DNA of 26,207 nt from positions 1-26,207 of the IMG/VR virus record IMGVR_UViG_3300042934_000338, one strand, 5' to 3'. The translations under genes were made by a program, and so were the position numbers. Under the pieces are notes generated by a model. That model was given only the letters and a program-made list of their open reading frames with translations, did not search any database and was not told the origin of the DNA. The DNA comes from a virus. Its lineage: Duplodnaviria; Caudoviricetes. Positions 19,002-24,522 of the stretch are shown piece by piece (position 1 is the stretch's first letter; the number at the start of each line of letters is the position of its first letter).

Positions 19002-19253
19002 ATGTTTAAAATTAATATAGAACGTACGCCTAAGCCAAAAGGCAGATTTAGCAAAAGGATAATTATATTAATGTTACTCTTTTTGCTATTGTTTACAGTG
19101 GCTAATATAGGTCTGTTTTACTTGACCGGTAATGAACCAAGCACATTAATTACTTGCGTATTCGGATTTTGTGGGGCAGAGGGTGGTTATTTAGCATTTG
19201 TAAAAAAACTAAAAAACAAAGGAGATAATATTGATGGAAATACAAATTTATGA
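19002..19253 (+). CDS. Two-TM membrane protein, holin-like
   Basis: FSKRIIILMLLFLLLFTVANIGLFYLTGNEPSTLITCVFGFCGAE; AGGAGGTG RBS. Confidence 0.7.
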   Translation: MFKINIERTPKPKGRFSKRIIILMLLFLLLFTVANIGLFYLTGNEPSTLITCVFGFCGAEGGYLAFVKKLKNKGDNIDGNTNL

Positions 19254-19476
19254 TGTTGCAGTAGTGGCAGTTATTATAGGTATAGTTGAGATCGCAAAGC
19301 GAGCAGGGCTTAATACTAACTGGTGTCCACTGTTATCGCTTGCATTAGGCGTTACAGCGGGAGTTTTATTTTTATCAGATGGAGATATCAAGAAAGGTAT
19401 TGTAATAGGTATAGCTTGTGGTTTGAGCGCATCAGGCTTGTATGACAACGCTAAACTACCAATGACAAAGGAGTGA
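19234..19476 (+). CDS. Holin
   Basis: About 80 aa, three hydrophobic segments, VEIAKRAG, PLLSLALG, GLSASGLYD; directly before the endolysin. Confidence 0.88.
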   Translation: MEIQIYDVAVVAVIIGIVEIAKRAGLNTNWCPLLSLALGVTAGVLFLSDGDIKKGIVIGIACGLSASGLYDNAKLPMTKE

Positions 19477-19480
19477 TTAT

Positions 19481-20149
19481 ATGAGCACAGAACAATGCAG
19501 AGACATAAATAAGCTTCATCCTTTTGTTCAAAAAGTAGCAGAAGCATTTTTAGTTGAGTGCCGCAAGCAAGGATTGAAAATAAAAATATCTGAAACATTC
19601 AGGACAAAAGAAAGACAAGATTATCTGTACGCACAAGGGCGTACAAGAGCCGGTAATATTGTGACTAATGCTAAGGGGAGGGATATGCAATCTTATCATC
19701 AATGGGGGTTAGCTTTTGATATATATGTTGATATTCCTAATGACATATACAATAAATCAATCATGAGTAAAGCTATTGCAATTGCAAAGAAAATGGGACT
19801 GGAGTCCGGCGACTCATGGGGAGATACCCCACATCTACAATACACCTTTGGACTATCTATCGCTCAATTGAAAAGTGGTAAAAAACCACCAGAAGCAGTT
19901 AAGAGTGATGAAGATTTAGAAAAAGCGGTAGAGAAATTAGTTGTTAGAAATATTATAGGAAGTCCTGCAGCATGGTCAAGTATAGACAAGATTAATCTGA
20001 AAAATGTGCCAGCGCTACTCACTAAGATGGGTGGGGTCGATAGATTAGTGAAAGATAAAATAATTTCAGATAGTTTACTGTGGGCTACTGGTACTTATAA
20101 AATTGAACATGTTCGCAGTCTAATAATTAAATACGCAAATTTGGGGTAG
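19481..20149 (+). CDS. Endolysin, M15-family (L-Ala-D-Glu-type) Zn peptidase
   Basis: ETFRTKERQDYLYAQGRT, SYHQWGLAFD (SxHxxGxAxD), DTPHLQ; short repeated C-terminal binding region. Confidence 0.95.
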   Translation: MSTEQCRDINKLHPFVQKVAEAFLVECRKQGLKIKISETFRTKERQDYLYAQGRTRAGNIVTNAKGRDMQSYHQWGLAFDIYVDIPNDIYNKSIMSKAIAIAKKMGLESGDSWGDTPHLQYTFGLSIAQLKSGKKPPEAVKSDEDLEKAVEKLVVRNIIGSPAAWSSIDKINLKNVPALLTKMGGVDRLVKDKIISDSLLWATGTYKIEHVRSLIIKYANLG

Positions 20150-20174
20150 GGGCTTAGGCTTCTACCCTTTTTTT
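20144..20174 (+). terminator. Intrinsic terminator ending the late operon
   Basis: GGGTAGGGGC-ttag-GCTTCTACCC then T7. Confidence 0.85.
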
Positions 20175-20236
20175 ATTCGATCTTGATTAAATATAATAAA
20201 CTAAGACTATACTCCTACAAAAAAGGAGATTAACCA

Positions 20237-20350
20237 ATGGGAACTAAGTGTGATGGTAATTGCGAGCAATGCAAATATTATATACAGATAATTAATTTTG
20301 ACGCTTGGCCTTGGAGCTGCATGTTAGAGTTACCTAAAATAGATTTTTAA
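20237..20350 (+). CDS. Unannotated 37-aa Cys-rich peptide MGTKCDGNCEQCKYYIQIINFDAWPWSCMLELPKIDF
   Basis: AAGGAG (20223-20228) 8 nt before ATG; four Cys as C-x3-C-x2-C-x15-C. Confidence 0.65.
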   Translation: MGTKCDGNCEQCKYYIQIINFDAWPWSCMLELPKIDF

Positions 20351-20351
20351 T

Positions 20352-20381
20352 TTGCTTAATTGTATGATAATTTGATATAAT
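20352..20381 (+). promoter_or_regulatory. SigA-type promoter of the accessory membrane protein gene
   Basis: TTGCTT-18 nt-TATAAT with extended TG (TGaTATAAT). Confidence 0.7.
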
Positions 20382-20403
20382 GAGATAAAAAAGGGGAGAT
20401 ATT

Positions 20404-21078
20404 ATGCGTTGCACTCATTGTAATTTAGAAAACCATCAAACGGCATCATTTTGCACAAATTGTGGTCAGCCATTTAACAGTAAGAAAAAATGGTATGAAA
20501 GTAATATACTCATAATTTTATTAATAATTTTTCTTTTTCCTATAGGATTATTTATGATGTGGAAGTTTTCAAAATGGAATAAAGTTTTAAAAATTGTAAT
20601 TACCGTATTTGGTAGTATTATATTTTTACTGAGCTTTGGGAATAATCAATCAGCTCCAACTATTAAAAATGAGGAACCGAGTAAAGAGGTAATTCAAGAA
20701 ATTCCAGTTGAAGAAAAAGAAATCAGCGAAGAAGAGTATAAAGCGTCATGTGAAAAGTTTGAGTACAAACTAATCGCGAGAAACCCAGCTGATTATGAAA
20801 ATAAGAATGTGAGTATATCTGGAAAAGTAATTCAAGTAAGCGAAGGATTATTTGATACAGTTACTCTCAGAATAGCCACAAAAGAAAGTGAATATGGGGG
20901 TTATACCGATGACATTTATATGGTTACATACAAACAAGTTGAGAGTAACCGAATACTAGAAGATGATATGGTTGCTATATGGGGTCTTTGTGATGGGGTA
21001 ACAACTTATAAAAGCGTACTAGGTGGAAACATAACCGTACCGAGTATGGAAATGAAATATTATGAAATATTAGATTAA
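20404..21078 (+). CDS. Zinc-ribbon, two-TM membrane protein with C-terminal OB-fold-like domain (accessory gene)
   Basis: CTHC...CTNCG, KKWYE then two hydrophobic helices, acidic linker, YKLIARNPADY...SGKVIQV...RILEDDMV.IWG. Confidence 0.8.
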   Translation: MRCTHCNLENHQTASFCTNCGQPFNSKKKWYESNILIILLIIFLFPIGLFMMWKFSKWNKVLKIVITVFGSIIFLLSFGNNQSAPTIKNEEPSKEVIQEIPVEEKEISEEEYKASCEKFEYKLIARNPADYENKNVSISGKVIQVSEGLFDTVTLRIATKESEYGGYTDDIYMVTYKQVESNRILEDDMVAIWGLCDGVTTYKSVLGGNITVPSMEMKYYEILD

Positions 21079-21103
21079 TGTCATTAAAACTTAACACCCC
21101 CAA

Positions 21104-21135
21104 TTGTTGAATTATTAACAATCCTATTTTATACT
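21104..21135 (+). promoter_or_regulatory. SigA-type promoter overlapped by a Rex-like operator
   Basis: TTGAAT (21107-21112)-17 nt-TATACT (21130-21135); TTGTTGA-atta-TTAACAA (21104-21121). Confidence 0.6.
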
Positions 21136-21156
21136 GAGAATAGGGGAGGTGTACAT

Positions 21157-21201
21157 ATGATAAAAAAGAAAGATCTAATCACATATAAAAATACATGTTA
21201 A
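21157..21201 (+). CDS. Unannotated 14-aa micro-ORF MIKKKDLITYKNTC
   Basis: Strong RBS GGGGAGGTG (21143-21151), own promoter and terminator. Confidence 0.5.
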   Translation: MIKKKDLITYKNTC

Positions 21202-21203
21202 AG

Positions 21204-21238
21204 AAGACTAAGGGGAATGATCTTAGTCTTTTATTTTT
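21204..21238. terminator. Intrinsic terminator between the micro-ORF and the convergent repressor gene, possibly bidirectional
   Basis: AAGACTAAG-gggaatgat-CTTAGTCTT then TTATTTTT; A-rich on the left side. Confidence 0.75.
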
Positions 21239-21283
21239 ATACAAAAGTATAAGTTTTTATAATATTATTGTCGAAAAAGGGTT

Positions 21284-21604
21284 TTATTTTTTATACTTGT
21301 TAGCCAAAAACTCCATAAAACTGTTGAATTCTAATTTTAAGGCATTTGATTTTTCAGATGAGAGGTTTTTAAGATTAGCTTGTGAGATAAACAATTTGAA
21401 CAAATCATCTGAGTTAGTGAATAAAGAGAATATGCTAATATCAAGATTATTTGCTATTGTGCGCAAAAGCTCTAACGTAATTCTTTCATTTTGCTCATAA
21501 TATTTTACTGATCTCACAGATTTATGTATTTTTGCAGCAAACTCTTCTTGGCTTAATTCTAAATCTTCACGGATGTTTTTTATTCTATCACCTATGGTTT
21601 TCAA
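21284..21604 (-). CDS. XRE-family HTH transcriptional repressor
   Basis: IGDRIKNIREDLELSQEEFAAKIHKSVRSVKYYEQNER...LRTIANNL; TTG start with GAGGTGA RBS (complement of 21611-21617). Confidence 0.93.
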   Translation of the reverse strand: MKTIGDRIKNIREDLELSQEEFAAKIHKSVRSVKYYEQNERITLELLRTIANNLDISIFSLFTNSDDLFKLFISQANLKNLSSEKSNALKLEFNSFMEFLANKYKK

Positions 21605-21656
21605 ACTTTATCACCTCGCGTTATTATAACATTCGAGGTATTTATTTGACTTGATA

Positions 21657-21706
21657 GGTGCATAAACTGGTCACTTATAATTACTAAAGTGCACAATAGT
21701 TGCACT
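21657..21706. promoter_or_regulatory. Two palindromic operators in the divergent intergenic region
   Basis: GGTGCA-N7-GTCACT (21657-21675) and AGTGCA-N7-TGCACT (21688-21706) flank TATAAT (21676-21681). Confidence 0.65.
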
Positions 21707-21736
21707 AGATAACTTACATAATGAGAGGATGATTTT

Positions 21737-21991
21737 ATGTTTATTACAGTTACAAATGAAAGGAAAATTAATAGTAACAAAATAGATGAAATGAGGTATA
21801 ATAGTAAAACTAAGACTATAACTTTTTTTCTATGTACAGGGGAGATTATTATTAATACCTACGATGACATAGATTCATTCAATAATGCCTATAGATTATT
21901 TGATAGTGAGATACATCAAACAGCTTATGCTGTAGATAGGTTAGTCGCAGAGCTAGAAGAAATAAAATTCTACGGAATAAAAACATGTTAA
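21737..21991 (+). CDS. Hypothetical protein, 84 aa, divergent from the XRE gene
   Basis: GAGAGGA RBS; beta-rich N-terminus and C-terminal helix. Confidence 0.75.
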   Translation: MFITVTNERKINSNKIDEMRYNSKTKTITFFLCTGEIIINTYDDIDSFNNAYRLFDSEIHQTAYAVDRLVAELEEIKFYGIKTC

Positions 21992-22060
21992 TACTTTAAA
22001 CTAGTTTAAATAGGAAGAAACTAATAATTCTAGACAGTAAATTGACAGTGGAATATAATT

Positions 22061-22188
22061 AATTAGCTTTAAAGCTAAAGGGGTATAGTTTTAACACTAA
22101 ACAAGTTATTAGAGCAAAGGCTTTATTATCAATGCTTTAGTGCATATTTATCAATAGTTACAAGAGATGAATTAGCTTTAAAACTAAA
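22061..22188. repeat. 19-nt direct repeat, two copies, self-palindromic
   Basis: AATTAGCTTTAAAGCTAAA (22061-22079) and AATTAGCTTTAAAACTAAA (22170-22188), one mismatch. Confidence 0.85.
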
Positions 22189-22189
22189 T

Positions 22190-22220
22190 TACAGAACTCG
22201 GCGTATAGATTTGGTTAACA
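22190..22220 (+). pseudogene. rnpB: Displaced 3'-end fragment of the RNase P RNA gene (att core duplication)
   Basis: ACAGAACTCGGCGTAT matches the conserved 3' region of type A RNase P RNA (ACAGAACCCGGCTTAT, recalled from E. coli) at 14/16; a terminator follows; no rnpB body is upstream in the window. Confidence 0.6.
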
Positions 22221-22225
22221 TATTG

Positions 22226-22256
22226 ATAGACAAAGCTTTTGGCTTTGTCTATTTTT
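22226..22256 (+). terminator. Intrinsic terminator, probably that of the interrupted host RNA gene
   Basis: ATAGACAAAGC-ttttg-GCTTTGTCTAT then TTTT. Confidence 0.85.
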
Positions 22257-22415
22257 AATTGGGTTCAATTTGTTAAGATGATAATAATAGAATATAGAAT
22301 AGCGTATTGAGGAATAATGGGCTGTAAGGTAGCTGCTTTTATAAATTGAGGGGATTTTTGTTTTATGATATGATAAAATGAAATGATAAAATAGTATATA
22401 GGCGGGAAGTAAAGT

Positions 22416-22988
22416 ATGGAGCTATGGTTAGGGTCACTATTAAAAGAACTCAATAGTATTTCACGTATGGCCATTTTGGAAAATGCTTTTGAGACAGAGA
22501 AAATGCTACGCAGTTATTCAAAAATCTTAAAATACAGATGGGGTCACGAAGGAAATATAGTGATTGCAAGTTCAGAATTTGAGGTCATAAAAACACTTTG
22601 TGAGTTCTATCAAAGTAAGTGGCATAAAACATTTCATTTTGAAATTAGTCAGTCAGCAGATACCAAATCGCTCTTCATCCCTCACTATGGGATAATGGGG
22701 TATTTGAGTGTTATTTTAGAGAGCCTTGAAAACGAAACAAGAGATGACCTTCAAGTCACAGTAACTGCTGAGGGAATTGAGGGGCATATTGTTTTTTGCC
22801 TGCTGTTCACAGGAGGTGAGTATTTTGAAAAGATTTATTCAAAGGCTCAAAAGGCAAAGCAAGGGTTATATGACTCCATCCCAGCAGCGGAAGCTCGGTG
22901 GACAAAAACTTTTGGTGAAAATGGGATTCAAGTAAAGATACAGGATAAACTTCACCTGAAAATTTTATTTACAGTGACGCAAAGTTAG
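22416..22988 (+). CDS. Degenerate LytS/YesM-type histidine kinase core lacking the phospho-His and ATP-binding boxes
   Basis: LNSISRMAILENA...YSKILKY...IPHY aligns without gaps to LNVISMTALLENA...LSKFMRH...IPVF of the next gene. Confidence 0.7.
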   Translation: MELWLGSLLKELNSISRMAILENAFETEKMLRSYSKILKYRWGHEGNIVIASSEFEVIKTLCEFYQSKWHKTFHFEISQSADTKSLFIPHYGIMGYLSVILESLENETRDDLQVTVTAEGIEGHIVFCLLFTGGEYFEKIYSKAQKAKQGLYDSIPAAEARWTKTFGENGIQVKIQDKLHLKILFTVTQS

Positions 22989-22997
22989 GAGTACAGT

Positions 22998-24509
22998 ATG
23001 AGAAGAATGATTGATTTAATGAAAAGTGTCTCCATACGTGTGCAACTAATTTTCTTTTCTATTTTAATGAGCTGCATGATTGGAGGTATTGCCTTTTTTG
23101 TATTACACTGGAATGCTAAGGCATTACAAAATGATTCAGAATATATGAATTATATTTTTAAAATCAATAAGTTATATCAGATACAAGAAGAAAATGGAAA
23201 ATATTTATATCAAGTTGTTAAGACATTAGATGAAGAAGCCAAGATGAATCTAAGACAGCAGATTACAGAATCCTATGAATTGCTCAATGCAGTTGAATTA
23301 AGTTCGGTATCGGTAGATTCTAACGTAAGAATTAGGGTAACCCGATACCTATTAAAAAGATTTGAAAATCACGTGGAAGAAGTAATCTGGCTTAGGAAGT
23401 TTGAGGATAACGGAACCGATCAAGTAGAGGCAGACAGTTCCTATTATGTGATTTATATGGAATCATTGGATATTTTGTCCCGTATCACTACCTATCTACA
23501 AGAAATATTGAGGCTTAGTGTAGAAGAAAATCGGGAGTTTATTGAGAAGGCATCACAAAATAACAAGAGGTTACAGAGGCTTATAATCTTTTTCGTCTTT
23601 ATAGTAGTAGTGGCAAGTATAAGTTTCTGTATCTTTTTTTCTAATTATGTGACGGGACTTATTAAGCGCATAGCCGCTATGACAAAAAAGATAGCTAAAG
23701 GTAGCGAAAAACATGAAATCATGTCCATGGCAGGGCCTAAAGAAATTCAGGAATTAACGAGTAATTTCAATCAATTGCTGGATACGATTTATGCGCTTAA
23801 TGGAAAGGCGGAAGAAAAGGTTAAATTAGAACTGCGTTTATCAGAAGAAAAGCTGGAGAAAATGAAGGTGCGGGAATTATTAAAAGAATCGCAGCTTCAG
23901 GGATTGCAGACACAGATTAACCCTCATTTTTTATTCAATACATTAAATGTCATTTCTATGACTGCACTTTTAGAAAATGCAGATCAGGCCTATGCTTTAA
24001 TGATAGCTCTATCAAAATTTATGCGTCACTATCTTAAAAAAGTTAAAAGTAATGTGCCTTTAGAAGAAGAATTAGACATGATTTCACAGTATTTATATAT
24101 ATTAAAAGCCAGAATGGGCGAACAACTCCTTTACAGTATTCAGTGTGATGTGAAAACTAAGGAAATAAAGATTCCTGTTTTTACACTACAGCCTATTGTA
24201 GAGAATGCCTTCAAGCATGGAATAGAAGATCAAGTTGAACAGGGGCGAATTGATATTAGAATTAAAGAGAGAAATCGGAGTTTGTATTTAAGTATCTATG
24301 ATAATGGGAAAGGCATGACAAAAGAGGAAATAGACAGCGTTAGAAAAAAACTTATGGTTCATGATGTAGATTTTGGGGATCAGGCACATATAGGCATTGA
24401 GAATGTAGGGTATCGATTGAACCTAGTTTTTGAAAATAGGGTGAAGTATTACGTGAGAAGCTCTTCGAGAAAGGGAACTATTTTTACCATTCAAATCATT
24501 TTAGAGTAA
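22998..24509 (+). CDS. Sensor histidine kinase, YesM/LytS type
   Basis: Two TM segments, HAMP (EIQELTSNFNQL), H-box QINPHFLFNTLN, N-box QPIVENAFKHG, DNGKG, HIGIENV, GT.F. Confidence 0.96.
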   Translation: MRRMIDLMKSVSIRVQLIFFSILMSCMIGGIAFFVLHWNAKALQNDSEYMNYIFKINKLYQIQEENGKYLYQVVKTLDEEAKMNLRQQITESYELLNAVELSSVSVDSNVRIRVTRYLLKRFENHVEEVIWLRKFEDNGTDQVEADSSYYVIYMESLDILSRITTYLQEILRLSVEENREFIEKASQNNKRLQRLIIFFVFIVVVASISFCIFFSNYVTGLIKRIAAMTKKIAKGSEKHEIMSMAGPKEIQELTSNFNQLLDTIYALNGKAEEKVKLELRLSEEKLEKMKVRELLKESQLQGLQTQINPHFLFNTLNVISMTALLENADQAYALMIALSKFMRHYLKKVKSNVPLEEELDMISQYLYILKARMGEQLLYSIQCDVKTKEIKIPVFTLQPIVENAFKHGIEDQVEQGRIDIRIKERNRSLYLSIYDNGKGMTKEEIDSVRKKLMVHDVDFGDQAHIGIENVGYRLNLVFENRVKYYVRSSSRKGTIFTIQIILE

Positions 24510-24522
24510 AAGAGGAAAGATA

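Larger units (their letters stand above)
1..22220 (+). mobile_element. Temperate siphovirus prophage, right-hand part; left end is outside the window
   Basis: Contiguous + strand run of packaging, head, tail and lysis genes in canonical siphovirus order, then accessory genes, an att-like region and a switch to host two-component genes. No disrupted ORFs seen. Confidence 0.96.
22031..22220. other. Probable attR region: arm-type repeats, palindromic repeats and core
   Basis: TAGACAGT/TTGACAGT tandem with 11-nt period (22031, 22042); 19-nt repeat at 22061 and 22170; rnpB-like core at 22190-22220; host genes follow. Confidence 0.65.

Noticed and set aside
706-19598. Many minus-strand ORFs of 60-130 aa across the late operon
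   Set aside because: They lie opposite well-supported structural genes or regulatory spacers and show no recognisable motifs; antisense shadows.
20105-20114. LexA-like GAAC..GTTC palindrome
   Set aside because: Spacer is 2 nt rather than 4, and it lies inside the endolysin gene.
20237-21201. Arbitrium, quorum-sensing or type I toxin reading of the two small peptides
   Set aside because: Neither has a signal peptide or TM segment, and no RRNPP/TPR receptor is in the window.
21195-21500. 101-aa + strand ORF antisense to the XRE gene, with its ATG just before the micro-ORF stop
   Set aside because: No RBS, runs through a terminator and shadows a clear gene; no recognisable features.
22061-22188. 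Mini-CRISPR reading of the palindromic 19-nt repeats
   Set aside because: Only two copies, too short, 90-nt spacer, and no cas genes.
14443-22220. Diversity-generating retroelement or tail-fibre shufflon
   Set aside because: No reverse transcriptase, invertase, adenine-mismatched template/variable repeat pair or inverted fibre cassettes seen.
22265-22474. 69-aa minus-strand ORF at the host boundary
   Set aside because: Low-complexity AT-rich translation overlapping the start and promoter region of the 22416 gene.
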